Of a stretch of DNA of 64,000 bases, positions 39,633 to 49,412 are shown piece by piece (position 1 is the first letter of the stretch; each line of letters opens with the position of its first letter). Under the pieces are notes generated by a model that was given only the letters and a program-made list of their open reading frames with translations, was not told the origin of the DNA and searched no databases. Origin of the DNA: Candidatus Doudnabacteria bacterium (lineage in GTDB: Bacteria > Patescibacteriota > Doudnabacteria > UBA920); the NCBI GenBank assembly GCA_963837465.1, contig CAWINB010000004.1, positions 330,853 through 394,852 of the forward strand. Reading direction: 5' to 3'. The translations under genes were made by a program, and so were the position numbers.

Positions 39633-40682
39633 ATGAACAATATGACAACCTTCACTAAACAGTGGACTTCCAATAGGCCTAGAATTTTCGGGGTCTTTGG
39701 GAAAACCCAGCAGGATGACACATTTGAAATTTTAATTCCAAAATTTCTTGACTACGCCCAATTTGATTTGAAACTGGCCAAAGAGACCATCGGAAAATAC
39801 AAAGAATCTTTGGGTTGGGTGACAAGGTATCTGCCCGACGTGGAACGCCCCGCCCAAATGACGCTGGAAGATGTTACCCGAATTAAAAAGCAGGTGGCAA
39901 TGCGTGGCAATAGCGAGGCTCGGACTAACTCCATTATCTTCGCCTTGCGGAAGTTTTTGGACTATTGCGGCAAGCGGATGCAGATTGAAACCATTGACCC
40001 AAAGACCATAGAGCCGCTGAAAATCCCCAAGCGGGAAGTTATCTACCTTAACAAGGACGAGATAAAAAATCTGCGTGATGTATTTGACTTAGCCAACAAG
40101 CGGGAGTTCCGAATGCGGGTGCTGGTGGAATTTCTGCTCGGCACGGGAATGAGAATCTCTGAAGCGCTATCGGTCAATCGTGAGCAGATTAATTATGACA
40201 GCAAGGAAATAAAAATTGTCGGCAAGGGCAACAAGGAGCGCACAGTTTTTGTTTCCGATGATGCCTTAGGCTGGATAAAAAGGTATCTGGATACCCGCAC
40301 GGATGACAATCCTGCTGTCTTTATAACCTTTGGCGAGCAAGAAAGGTTAAGGCGGGGCGACTTGGCAGAATTATTAAGAGGTTATGGAATAAAAGCGGGG
40401 CTACAGAAGAAAGTTACGCCGCATATCTTGAGACACTCATCGGCAACCACGATGATGCGGAAAGGCTGTCCTCTGCCTTACATCCAGCAGTTGCTCGGCC
40501 ACGCCGACATTAAAACGACCGCCAAATATTATCTTGGCGTTGATAAACAATCCGTCAAAGATGCTCACGAAAAATATCTTAAGTTCGACCACCACCGTTT
40601 GGGAATGGCGGCACCTGTGCGTAAAGGTATTGACTTGGATAGCTACCTTGAGTATTTCTCGGCCTATCTTCCGAAAGAGTAG
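39633..40682 (+). CDS. Tyrosine recombinase/integrase, class B (copy 2)
   Basis: GMRISEALSV, HILRHSSATTM, LGHADIKTTAKYY. Has a ~30-aa C-terminal extension. Confidence 0.9.
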   Translation: MNNMTTFTKQWTSNRPRIFGVFGKTQQDDTFEILIPKFLDYAQFDLKLAKETIGKYKESLGWVTRYLPDVERPAQMTLEDVTRIKKQVAMRGNSEARTNSIIFALRKFLDYCGKRMQIETIDPKTIEPLKIPKREVIYLNKDEIKNLRDVFDLANKREFRMRVLVEFLLGTGMRISEALSVNREQINYDSKEIKIVGKGNKERTVFVSDDALGWIKRYLDTRTDDNPAVFITFGEQERLRRGDLAELLRGYGIKAGLQKKVTPHILRHSSATTMMRKGCPLPYIQQLLGHADIKTTAKYYLGVDKQSVKDAHEKYLKFDHHRLGMAAPVRKGIDLDSYLEYFSAYLPKE

Positions 40683-40823
40683 AACAACAGCACCCGCCTG
40701 ATATTTATCAGGCGGGTGTTTGTTTTTAATTTTGAACCCGTCAAAAATAATGTTATAATTTAGGTAGTTTATGCACGCTGAAATATGAGCGTCATAGTAT
40801 ATAAAACAGTATAGGGAGCGGAT

Positions 40824-41861
40824 ATGGATACAAATTACCCCAATAAAATAAACAAAATTTTAAAGCCTAAGGCCGATAAGCGGTTGCCTTTGGTTATTGA
40901 CCTTTTTGCTGGCTGTGGAGGCTTGGCTTTGGGTTTTGAAGCGCAGGGTTTTGAAACTTTAGGCTATGAAATGGATAAAGACTGTTGCGAAACCTATAAT
41001 AAAAATTTAACTGGTAAATGTATACAGCAGTTTTTGGATGTTAATAGTGATTTTCCCAAAGCGGAAATTGTGATTGGCGGTCCACCTTGCCAGCCATTCA
41101 GCGTTAGGGGAAAACAAAAAGGTTTGGCCGACGAGCGGAACGGTTTTCCAGCTTTTATTGCCGCCGTTGAAAAAGCCAAGCCCCGCTTTTGGATGTTTGA
41201 AAATGTGAGAGGGTTATTTTACAAAAATAAAGAATATTTAAACGAAGTAATAGAAACGCTAAAAAATCTTGGTTATTTTGTTGAGTCTCATTTAGTTAAT
41301 GCTTCCAATTATGAAGTTCCCCAAAACAGGGAGAGGGTTATAGTAATAGGCTATAAAAATGGAAGTTTTAAATTTCCCCAAAAGCTCGGCACTAAAGTGA
41401 CGGCTGGGGAAGCTTTGGGCGAAATGGCCTTATCTGCTCCTAAGGGTTCAAGGTATTTGACCCCAAGTATGGACACTTATGTTGCTAAATATGAAGCGGC
41501 TTCTAAATGTGTTGTCCCAAGAGATTTGCATATGCACCTACCAGCAAGGACTTTGACGTGCAGGAATTTGTCGGGTTCTACAAGCGATATGCACAGAATT
41601 AAATTACCAAACGGCAAGCGTAGACAATTACTCGTTAGAGAGGCCGCTCGCTTGCAGAGCTTTCCTGATAAGTTTGAGTTTTGCGGGAGCGAGAGCAGTG
41701 CTTTTAAACAAATAGGCAATGCTGTGCCGCCTATGCTTTCCTACCACATTGCTGGTGCTGTAAAAGAATATTTGGAATCCGTAAATAAAACCCCGACCAA
41801 ACATATCAGAAATAATTCATTTGCTTACCAATATCAGCAAGCTATAAAATTCAATGTATAA
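40824..41861 (+). CDS. DNA (cytosine-5) methyltransferase
   Basis: DLFAGCGGLALGF (motif I), GGPPCQPFS (IV), ENV (VI), PQNRERVIVIG (VIII), GNAVPP (X). Confidence 0.9.
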   Translation: MDTNYPNKINKILKPKADKRLPLVIDLFAGCGGLALGFEAQGFETLGYEMDKDCCETYNKNLTGKCIQQFLDVNSDFPKAEIVIGGPPCQPFSVRGKQKGLADERNGFPAFIAAVEKAKPRFWMFENVRGLFYKNKEYLNEVIETLKNLGYFVESHLVNASNYEVPQNRERVIVIGYKNGSFKFPQKLGTKVTAGEALGEMALSAPKGSRYLTPSMDTYVAKYEAASKCVVPRDLHMHLPARTLTCRNLSGSTSDMHRIKLPNGKRRQLLVREAARLQSFPDKFEFCGSESSAFKQIGNAVPPMLSYHIAGAVKEYLESVNKTPTKHIRNNSFAYQYQQAIKFNV

Positions 41862-42873
41862 AATCTTAGATAAGTTCGCTCCCTCGGCGGAATTTAAAAC
41901 GAAGTCAAAGCAAAATAAAATTTTAGTTGACCAAGCCGCTTACGCCTTGATGAAGTTTGGTGTGCCTTTTGACGGCCTGTCTTTTAGGAGAATAGAGCGG
42001 ATGGCATTGTCCTTTATGGCGGTTTGCCAAGTTAGCGCAAAAAGCCACTGGCCAAAAACTAAGGATTTTACGGACAAGGTTGCTATGAAAACTAGGGACA
42101 TTATCAATTACGTTAATAAAAATTTTCAGGAAAATATATCGTCTGGTTCCTATGACGACATCCGCAGAAAAGATTTAAAATTGCTGGTGCTTGGAGATAT
42201 TGTCATTAGGACTAACCCCGAAGCGGCAAGGAACGACTCTACCAGAGGCTATGCGCTGAATCCAGCTTACAAAACAATAGTTAAGGAAATTGGCAAACCT
42301 AACTGGGATACCACAGTCAAAAAGTTTTTAAAAGGTAAAAAGACGGTTGCGGAATTACTTTCTTCCAAACGCAATGTGGCGACTATTCCCGTCGTGCTTC
42401 CCTCGGGAGCCGAGCTTCAATTTTCGCTTGGAGAACATAACGTATTACAAAAAGCCATTATAGAAGAATTTTTGCCTCGCTATGGCTATGGCTCCGAAGT
42501 TTTGTATGTTGGCGATACAGCCGACAAGTTCTTATATTTGAACAAAGAGAAGCTGGAAGCTTTAAAGTTCTTTGAGCTATCCCACGGCGAATTGCCCGAT
42601 GTTGTCGCTTATTCAAAAAGCAAAAATTGGTTATACCTTATAGAAGCCGTTCACAGTTCGGGACCGATATCGTCCATTAGGCTTGCGGAGCTAAAAAAGC
42701 TCACACAAAAATGCACCGCCGACATTGTATACATAACAGCATTTTTGGACAGGGAAACTTTTAGGAAATTTATAAAAGACATTGCCTGGGAAACCGAAGT
42801 TTGGATTGCTACCAACCCTGACCATTTGGTGCATTTTAACGGCGACAAATTTTTAGGACCCTACAAACAGTAG
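41854..42873 (+). CDS. Type II restriction endonuclease (BsuBI/PstI-like C-terminus)
   Basis: Overlaps the methyltransferase stop by 8 nt. The C-terminal LPDVVAYSKSKNWLYLIEAVHSSGPIS...IAWETEVWIATNPDHLVHFNGDKFLGPY resembles the BsuBI/PstI family as I remember it. Confidence 0.55.
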   Translation: MYKILDKFAPSAEFKTKSKQNKILVDQAAYALMKFGVPFDGLSFRRIERMALSFMAVCQVSAKSHWPKTKDFTDKVAMKTRDIINYVNKNFQENISSGSYDDIRRKDLKLLVLGDIVIRTNPEAARNDSTRGYALNPAYKTIVKEIGKPNWDTTVKKFLKGKKTVAELLSSKRNVATIPVVLPSGAELQFSLGEHNVLQKAIIEEFLPRYGYGSEVLYVGDTADKFLYLNKEKLEALKFFELSHGELPDVVAYSKSKNWLYLIEAVHSSGPISSIRLAELKKLTQKCTADIVYITAFLDRETFRKFIKDIAWETEVWIATNPDHLVHFNGDKFLGPYKQ

Positions 42874-43047
42874 GGTTAGCAGGAGAGCCTATGAAAATCG
42901 CTTAAAAGGCGATTTTTTGCTATTATTTAGATATAAAATTGTTGGATAACAGTCGGGGAAAAAACTATATATAGTTAAACAAGATTTTAAAATTTTATAT
43001 AGTTTCAGCTAACCTTAAACCAAAAAAATACTGAAGTAGATTGGCTT

Positions 43048-43614
43048 ATGATAAATAGAAAAATGATTTTTGAAGAAGTAAAAAATTGCTCCAAAAAATT
43101 AGGTTTGGGTAAGGCGAAAGTTAGTTTGTTAATTGTAAACAAGTCAGCGAAAAACAGGTTGGGCAATTTGGAATTAGAAGGAGACATCTATGCGAATCTT
43201 TTGCCCCTAAAAAGTGGTTATAAAATTAGATTTAATATAACGACCATAAATGATAATAAGTTAAACCGTAAGCAGTTGCGTGGATTGGTTTTTCACGAGT
43301 TAACCCACATATTGCGTCACGAATACACAAAATTTATCAGAGGCAAAGACAAAATTTCCTACGCCGAATTTGTAAAAGCCAATAAAAATTATAGTTATTG
43401 GCACGGCAGTTCCATAATTTCTGATATTAACGAATTAGAGGAGCTTTTGATTGATATTTTTGTAACTAGGCTGTGTATATTAGAAGGGTTTTCTTGGGGT
43501 TTGCCAATAGAGGATGAAAGTGGCGAAGCTGTGAATGATAGGAATTATTTGTCCAAAAGAGCCGAAGACTTTTATAGTTCCCTAAAAGAAAAAATCAGTA
43601 ATTTAAATGTTTAG
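43048..43614 (+). CDS. Putative zinc metallopeptidase (HExxH)
   Basis: The single HELTH motif in VFHELTHILRHEY gives a SprT/WLM-like flavour. 188 aa. Confidence 0.4.
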   Translation: MINRKMIFEEVKNCSKKLGLGKAKVSLLIVNKSAKNRLGNLELEGDIYANLLPLKSGYKIRFNITTINDNKLNRKQLRGLVFHELTHILRHEYTKFIRGKDKISYAEFVKANKNYSYWHGSSIISDINELEELLIDIFVTRLCILEGFSWGLPIEDESGEAVNDRNYLSKRAEDFYSSLKEKISNLNV

Positions 43615-43623
43615 AAAATCTTT

Positions 43624-43806
43624 GTGTATATGGCACTCAAAGAAAAGCAGGCTTACTATAAATGCAAAAAGTGCGGCGATGAGATTTATTGGAATACCCA
43701 CAAAAGGTATACCAAGTGCAGTTGCGGAGCTTTGGCGGTAGACGGGTGCGAAGAATATGTAAGGGTAATAGGCAACGCTAAGGACTGGGGGGAGATAAAA
43801 AAATAA
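43624..43806 (+). CDS. Small zinc-ribbon protein
   Basis: CKKCGDE...CSCG...DGC cysteine pairs. 60 aa. Confidence 0.4.
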   Translation: MYMALKEKQAYYKCKKCGDEIYWNTHKRYTKCSCGALAVDGCEEYVRVIGNAKDWGEIKK

Positions 43807-43817
43807 TTCTAGAAATT

Positions 43818-44237
43818 ATGTCAAACCAAGACAGGTTAAAAATGTCCGATGTATACAGAGATTTTGTTCCAATTTTTGGCAAGAAAGTTCCGTTTGCAGA
43901 AGCTTACCCGCAAATTGAGAATATTAAAGTTGAGGTTGAACAACGAGGACAAGGAGTAAGAGAGTGGAATAAAAATTGGGTCTTGAACGGTATAAATGAC
44001 TTTAGACAATATATAGATTGCAGTAATCCTTTATGCGCCAAAGGCGGTTTTGCGTTGGGTGAAATGGTGCGAGATATGGTGCGCAACAAAGACGAATCCT
44101 TTGAGCAGAGTAAAATTTGTATTGGCAACGAGGGGTCGCCAAAAGGTAAAAGAATTTACCGAAAGTGTATGAATTATTTTACTGTTAAGGTAGCTATTCA
44201 ATACAAAAAGGAAGTAGACAAAGAAAATAAAGAATAA
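43818..44237 (+). CDS. Hypothetical protein
   Basis: 139 aa, in the same operon-like string. Confidence 0.35.
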   Translation: MSNQDRLKMSDVYRDFVPIFGKKVPFAEAYPQIENIKVEVEQRGQGVREWNKNWVLNGINDFRQYIDCSNPLCAKGGFALGEMVRDMVRNKDESFEQSKICIGNEGSPKGKRIYRKCMNYFTVKVAIQYKKEVDKENKE

Positions 44238-44241
44238 ATTT

Positions 44242-44856
44242 ATGCCTGAAAGACCAGCCCCCGAAGAGTTTAATAGGCCAATAGAAAGTCGGCAAGACCA
44301 AACTACGCCGATAGAGTTTCCGCACGCCGAAGCTGGCTTGGAGGCTTACCTTAAAGAGTATCCAAACGAAGCGTCCAGAGCGGAAAAGTTACGAGCCGTG
44401 TTCCAAGAGTTTTTACAGCGGGAAATAAAAAACATAAAAATATTCAAATCAGAACAGCTTGGTGCCGAATTGCCGTATACTTCTATTAAGATTGGGGAAT
44501 TAGCAAGAAGCATTTACAAAAAATACGCTGAGGCAGACAGTTTACCTGTTGAAGCCCCCGATGTCGCACCAGTGGCTCAAGAATTTGTATTTAATTCAGC
44601 CTTGTCCACGGATGAGGGTAATGAGTTTAACTTTGTAGAGGAGGCTATGCACGAAGCCGTTAAACATTTGCCCGCCGCTCTTAAAGCACTTAGAGAGGGC
44701 AAAGCTCCCGAAGAACGGGAAGTTTTTACTCTTGGTATGCCAACTAATGTATTAGGCAGGGTGTCGCCCGAACTGGCGGACAGAATAAACAAAGAACCTT
44801 TTGAGGAATTGGGCAAAGTCTTTGCTGAATTGGTAAAAGCAGAGAATGCGAGCTAA
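44242..44856 (+). CDS. Hypothetical protein
   Basis: 204 aa, acidic. Overlaps the next ORF. Confidence 0.35.
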   Translation: MPERPAPEEFNRPIESRQDQTTPIEFPHAEAGLEAYLKEYPNEASRAEKLRAVFQEFLQREIKNIKIFKSEQLGAELPYTSIKIGELARSIYKKYAEADSLPVEAPDVAPVAQEFVFNSALSTDEGNEFNFVEEAMHEAVKHLPAALKALREGKAPEEREVFTLGMPTNVLGRVSPELADRINKEPFEELGKVFAELVKAENAS

Positions 44857-45817
44857 AGCAATAAAATTTCAAGGCGTATCTTTGAGTAGCAATATAGCAA
44901 TTAGAACGGCAGAAAATTTAGTTGAAAAAGGCTTGGTTACTCAAGACTTTGCCGTAGCCGAAAAAGACCATTTGCCGTATTTGCAAATTGAAGCCGAGGT
45001 TCCCGTTTCCCTTAGCCCGTCTAAAATAAAAGCCCTGCAAGTGCCAGTTGGTTTTTTTGCCGATGCTTTAAAAGAAAGAAAGTTGCCAGAAGTCAAAAGG
45101 ATAGAAGCTGGTAAGCCGCAGTTTGGAAAAGATGTAAATGAGGTGTTAGCCCAAAGGGGTATACACGAGCAAATGGCTGATGACCAAAAGAAGACTAAGC
45201 GTGGGGTCATACTTGATATACTCAAAAAGGTTGGCAACACTTTTAAGCCAAAACCTGAAACAAAAATTACCACCCTTTATGGTTTAAATGATTTAACCAC
45301 CAAGTCGCCGTCTATGGTTAAAGCGGCAAAAGTCCGCAAGCAGGAATTTGGCGGCACGCTTGGCCAAAACCTTTTGGAAAGGGCTAAGCCCAACGAAAGA
45401 GTGTTTACTGCCGAAATGATGCACCTTAGTCCTCGGTTTAGAAAAACTCAGCTAAGAAGAATGCGGGTGCTTGCTATAACTTTAGAAGATTTGGAACAGG
45501 GTAAAAATTTATTAGAGGTAGCACCAGAGCATATACCAACCCCCGAAGAAGTAAATTTGGTTTTTAGGGAACTAATAGGCAAGGAATACAGGGAAGTGCG
45601 TAAACGAGAAGACGAGCAAGGTCTTTACTTGTTAGAGGTGGAAGTTGCTGGAGAAGCGGAAGGTGAAATTACCGAATACGCTTATATGCGAAAAGGCCGT
45701 TATGCGGAAGGTCAAATTTCGGCAACCGAAATTCACGTTACTTATTACAAGGACGGCAAACCCGTAAGCGGAACATCGGCGGCAAGGTATGTTGATGGGG
45801 AATGGAGAATTCTTTAG
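44846..45817 (+). CDS. Hypothetical protein
   Basis: 323 aa with no motif I recognise. Confidence 0.35.
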   Translation: MRAKAIKFQGVSLSSNIAIRTAENLVEKGLVTQDFAVAEKDHLPYLQIEAEVPVSLSPSKIKALQVPVGFFADALKERKLPEVKRIEAGKPQFGKDVNEVLAQRGIHEQMADDQKKTKRGVILDILKKVGNTFKPKPETKITTLYGLNDLTTKSPSMVKAAKVRKQEFGGTLGQNLLERAKPNERVFTAEMMHLSPRFRKTQLRRMRVLAITLEDLEQGKNLLEVAPEHIPTPEEVNLVFRELIGKEYREVRKREDEQGLYLLEVEVAGEAEGEITEYAYMRKGRYAEGQISATEIHVTYYKDGKPVSGTSAARYVDGEWRIL

Positions 45818-45833
45818 TAATAGCATAAAAATG

Positions 45834-46049
45834 CCAATTTAGTTTTCCTACAAAAAGCTATTAAAACTCAATCGGCTAATTTAGGCTCTTAAACAATAGT
45901 GGGTAGCACAGAGGGTAAACTTTGGGAGGGGATAACTGTGTTGCTACAACTTTTTGTAATCGCTAACATCTGTGTAAGACTTTAAAAATTAAATATCTTT
46001 GCTGACCGAAGCGTAGTGCAGGAATTATTTTTTTACACCTCGGATTAAA
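45834..46049 (+). repeat. Right-end repeat R2, copy a
   Basis: About 216 nt, homologous to 47498-47720. Shared blocks are ctattaaaac, aaacaatagtggg, ggtaaactttgg, ggataact, cgctaacatc, tttaaaaattaaatatc and ttacacctcggattaaa. Confidence 0.8.
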
Positions 46050-46056
46050 CACCTCC
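46050..46056 (+). repeat. att core copy 3 (cacctcc followed by atacggctaca)
   Basis: Heptamer preceded by ...cggattaaa and followed by the short left-end type. Confidence 0.6.
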
Positions 46057-46124
46057 ATACGGCTACAACTTCCTCACTTAGCAAAAATCGCCCAAAAGGC
46101 GGTTTTTTTTGTTATAATTTAACT

Positions 46125-47486
46125 ATGCACGAACCAACTGAACCTAATAATCAACCCTGTCCAGGTTGTGGCTATCCAGCTCAAGCTGGCCACGCTCCTA
46201 ATTGCCCTACTGTCAGCAAAGGCGAAAAGGAAAAAAACCTTGAAGGAGTAGAAGCAAGGAAGTATACGGCCGAGGATATACAAAATTTTCAGGGTGAATT
46301 ATCACAATTTGAAAAAATGCGTAAGGCTGATAATGCCAACTACGTCTTTGATTTTACCGAGTATTACCAATTTTTAACCCAGCACAAAAAATCTCAAGAA
46401 CGACCTTTTACACAAAGAGATGTTTCGACACCTGGCTATCAAGATTTGGAAGTTGGCATATTCAAAGGCTGGAAACAAAATTTGTTAGCCAAAAAAGACA
46501 AACTCATCCAGTCACGACCAAAATTAGCACCGATTATCGGAATGCTAGAGAGCGAGCCTACGCCAAAAACCTTAGATGAACTTCGGGATTTGTTTAGAAA
46601 ACATCCCGACTTAAATGAATTTGGCGCAGTCCAATACCAAGACGGCGTGGGAGAACAGGGAGAAAAGAAAAGCGGATTTTTGCATATCAATATGTCCCGC
46701 TATAACGGCTATGAATACGAACTACCCAAGACGGATACCAGAGTTTACTTAAACCCGCCACCCGAAGCTATACCGCAAATATCTATGGAGCTTTGTAATA
46801 TAGCACAGGCTAAAAGATTTCCGTTATATTTTAAAACCATAGATTATTCTTTTCAAAAACCCAATCCCGACAACACCAACAGGCTGGATAAGTTTATTGT
46901 TTATACAGACAAGGCGCACGTGACCGCTCTCTCCCAAGAATTAAAAACTTTGCAAAGCAAACATCCCGAATGGTTTAACGGCAGAGAATTGCCAACTATG
47001 GTTGCCAAAATGGGCGAGGGCGTGGGAGTAGCGGAAGACCCTAACGAACAACAAATGCAAAAGTTTGGCGAGCGTGGCAAGTCATTTAACGGTATGAGGG
47101 CTTTATTTTTAAAGGATGTTTGGACGGGTGTGACAAAAGACATTATCTTAGCGCAACGGACTTGGCGGCCAAGAGGCGGTAGGACTATGGAAGAAATTTT
47201 TAATGATAATCTAAAAGCTGGGCTAACTCGTAGGCAGTTACAGCCTAATGTGATAGCCGATGTTATCGGCAAGGCTTGGGCGGCACAATTAGATAGTTCA
47301 AGAATGGGAAGTCTTCCCGACAGCAGAATAGCAGATGAAGTTGATAATGCCGTGGCAAGAACTATGGCTGATGTAATTCCTAACATTACCCCTGATTCCT
47401 TGCAACCAGCCGTGCAAAACCAAATCAACAAAAAAGCAAAGGATTATTTTATTAACCCTAATAATTTAGCTTTTAATCAAATTTAA
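46125..47486 (+). CDS. Hypothetical protein with an N-terminal Cys-rich knuckle
   Basis: 453 aa. The N-terminus contains CPGCGYPAQAGHAPNCP. The -10 box lies about 9 nt before the ATG, so the 5' UTR is very short or absent. Confidence 0.45.
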   Translation: MHEPTEPNNQPCPGCGYPAQAGHAPNCPTVSKGEKEKNLEGVEARKYTAEDIQNFQGELSQFEKMRKADNANYVFDFTEYYQFLTQHKKSQERPFTQRDVSTPGYQDLEVGIFKGWKQNLLAKKDKLIQSRPKLAPIIGMLESEPTPKTLDELRDLFRKHPDLNEFGAVQYQDGVGEQGEKKSGFLHINMSRYNGYEYELPKTDTRVYLNPPPEAIPQISMELCNIAQAKRFPLYFKTIDYSFQKPNPDNTNRLDKFIVYTDKAHVTALSQELKTLQSKHPEWFNGRELPTMVAKMGEGVGVAEDPNEQQMQKFGERGKSFNGMRALFLKDVWTGVTKDIILAQRTWRPRGGRTMEEIFNDNLKAGLTRRQLQPNVIADVIGKAWAAQLDSSRMGSLPDSRIADEVDNAVARTMADVIPNITPDSLQPAVQNQINKKAKDYFINPNNLAFNQI

Positions 47487-47497
47487 GGGATTATGGC

Positions 47498-47720
47498 CAG
47501 TTTAGTTTTTGTATAAGAATCTATTAAAACTAAATCGGCTTTAAACAATAGTGGGCGGTAGTGGGGGTAAACTTTGGAGGGGATAACTTTGTTGCTAAAA
47601 AATTTTACTGCCGCTAACATCCGAGTAGCAATTTAAAAATTAAATATCATCGCTGTAAGCGAGCTTGAAAATAAATAGTGGGAGCGAGTGGGGGTGAACA
47701 ACTTTACACCTCGGATTAAA
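47498..47720 (+). repeat. Right-end repeat R2, copy b
   Basis: See 45834-46049. Contains ataaatagtggg (leader-like) and ends ...ttacacctcggattaaa. Confidence 0.8.
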
Positions 47721-47737
47721 CACCTCCTTTCTAAGGA
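47721..47737 (+). repeat. att core copy 4 (cacctcctttctaagga)
   Basis: 17/17 identical to the 16S 3' tail. Confidence 0.85.
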
Positions 47738-47996
47738 ACAATATGCACCCTTTTCCCTTTTCGAAGGGGAATGTTGGTTCACATTCCGTAGGTCGTCGTT
47801 AATTTTTTCGAAAATTAGCGCACTTCTTGAAACTTCAAAGAACGACGTAAACTGGTGGTTTTGTAACGGTAATTCTACCGTATTTAGCAATAAATACGGC
47901 CTAAGCGCCATTAATGCTTGGGATCACTATTTAGCCGTTAAAGGTTAAACACGAAATTGCAAAGAAAGTCTCGGCCGTTATGGTGCGAGGCTTTTT
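47721..47996 (+). other. 16S tail + trailer + terminator segment, copy S-C
   Basis: UUCG hairpins at 47754-47769 and 47800-47817. ggttttgta, ggtaattctacc and atcactatttagccgttaa are conserved. Terminator at 47967-47996. Confidence 0.75.
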
Positions 47997-48968
47997 ATGT
48001 TCTATGCAAAAACGTCACTTGAATCAACCGCTAAAGTAGGAACTTTAGCGCCAATCTCCAATGATTTGACAATGAGCCAGCTCATTCCAATGTTTTTAAA
48101 GTACGGTCAGTTTGAATTAATGTTCTCACAGAACACGCTCACCAAATACGACGAGTGTTTAAAATGGGTTGTTAGGGACATCGGCGATTTGAAGGTCACG
48201 GAGTTAAGCCTGTTCCATTTTACCGAGTTAAAACAGATAATAACTAACCGTGGTTGCGGCACCAGCCGCGTTGCTTCCATGGTGTTCTCCATGAAGAGTT
48301 TCCTTAAGTATTGCAAGGACTATCTAGAGCTGCCGGTCATGGATTACAAAAAGATAAGGTCGCCGCGGTTTAAGCGCCGTGAAGTGATTTATTTAACTAA
48401 CGAAGAGATTGAGCAGTTTGTCAGCGCCATTAAAATAGAGAATGGCCCTCGTGCCATAAATTCGGTACGTATGGATGGCCTAAGGTTTCGGGTACTGGTG
48501 GAAGTCTTGCTCGGCACCGGCATGCGCATTTCTGAAGCCTTGTCGCTTAACAGGGATATGGTTGATTTTGAAAAGGCCGAAGCCAAGATTATAGGCAAAG
48601 GCAGCAAAGAACGTACAGTATTTTTCAGCGAGCGGTCGCTTGATTGGGTCAAGCGTTATCTATCCCTGCGTACAGACAATGAACCCGCTTTGTTTCTCAC
48701 CCAGCAGAATACGCGCCTGTCCAAGATAGATGTGCCCGGCTTCTTTAAACGGTACAGCAAGAAGGCCGGTATAACGAAGAAACTGACACCGCACGTGCTC
48801 AGGCATACCTGTGCTACGAACCTCTTGTTTAACGGCTGTCCCATAAACAATGTTCAAGTAATTTTAGGGCATGACCGGCTGGAAACCACCTGTCGCTATT
48901 ATCTCGGTGTTGACAAAACAAAAGCCAAAGAGGCACATGGCAACTTTTTAAATTATCAATTGTCGTAA
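47997..48968 (+). CDS. Tyrosine recombinase/integrase, class A (copy 3)
   Basis: GMRISEALSL, HVLRHTCATNLLFNGCPI, LGHDRLETTCRYY. Confidence 0.9.
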   Translation: MFYAKTSLESTAKVGTLAPISNDLTMSQLIPMFLKYGQFELMFSQNTLTKYDECLKWVVRDIGDLKVTELSLFHFTELKQIITNRGCGTSRVASMVFSMKSFLKYCKDYLELPVMDYKKIRSPRFKRREVIYLTNEEIEQFVSAIKIENGPRAINSVRMDGLRFRVLVEVLLGTGMRISEALSLNRDMVDFEKAEAKIIGKGSKERTVFFSERSLDWVKRYLSLRTDNEPALFLTQQNTRLSKIDVPGFFKRYSKKAGITKKLTPHVLRHTCATNLLFNGCPINNVQVILGHDRLETTCRYYLGVDKTKAKEAHGNFLNYQLS

Positions 48969-49412
48969 TTTAGATACTTTGCGTGCGCGGCTTTCAGCGC
49001 GCGTTTATCGGTGCCCAGATAATACTGGGCCGTGGTGCGAATGTCCGAGTGCCCCAAGAGTTCCTGGATATAGCGGATGTCGCAACCGTTTTCCAGCATG
49101 ATCGTCGCGGCCGTGTGCCGCAGCGTATGCGGCGTGACTTTTTTCTTGATCCCGGACTTGGCCGCATACCTGCGGAATTCCTTGCCCAGGTCATAGCGGG
49201 CAAGCCGCTTGGCTTTGCCGAACGTCACGAAAAGGGCCAGGTTGTCATCGGTTCGGCTTTGCAGATACTTATTTATCCATTCCAAAGCGCGATCGCTTAT
49301 GAAAATTACCCGTTCCTTGTTGCCTTTGCCGATTATGGTAGCTTCTTTGGTTTGCAAGTTTATGCTGTCGCGGTTAAGGCTTAAAATTTCCGAAATACGG
49401 CCGCCGGTGTCG
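48956..49412 (-). pseudogene. Class B tyrosine recombinase, C-terminal half only
   Basis: The minus-strand reading ...DTGGRISEILSLNRDSINLQTKEATIIGKGNKERVIFISDRALEW...HTLRHTAATIM...LGHSDIRTTAQYY runs only from the catalytic Arg region onward. The upstream part is replaced by IS256-like sequence. Confidence 0.75.

Larger units (their letters stand above)
34663..46049 (+). mobile_element. Integrative unit U2 (about 11.4 kb)
   Basis: Bounded by cores at 34663 and 46050. Carries a class A integrase, a ParB-like gene, a class B integrase, an m5C R-M pair and an operon of unknown genes. The right end is the R2 repeat. Confidence 0.55.
46050..47720 (+). mobile_element. Integrase-less single-gene unit U3 (about 1.67 kb)
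   Basis: Core, then a short left end with its own terminator (cgcc caaaa ggcg, T-run) and a ttataat box, then a 453-aa ORF and the R2 right end. Confidence 0.4.

Noticed and set aside
46050-46075. cacctccatacggctacaacttcc (and cacctccctccggctacag at 51859) resembles the reverse complement of the universal 16S 1492 region (tacggytaccttgttacgactt)
   Set aside because: The match is short (tacggctac). This genome's own 16S reads ...aaggcaccggtagcgg... in that region, so the sequences are not inverted 16S fragments of this genome. I treated them as a distinct left-end type.
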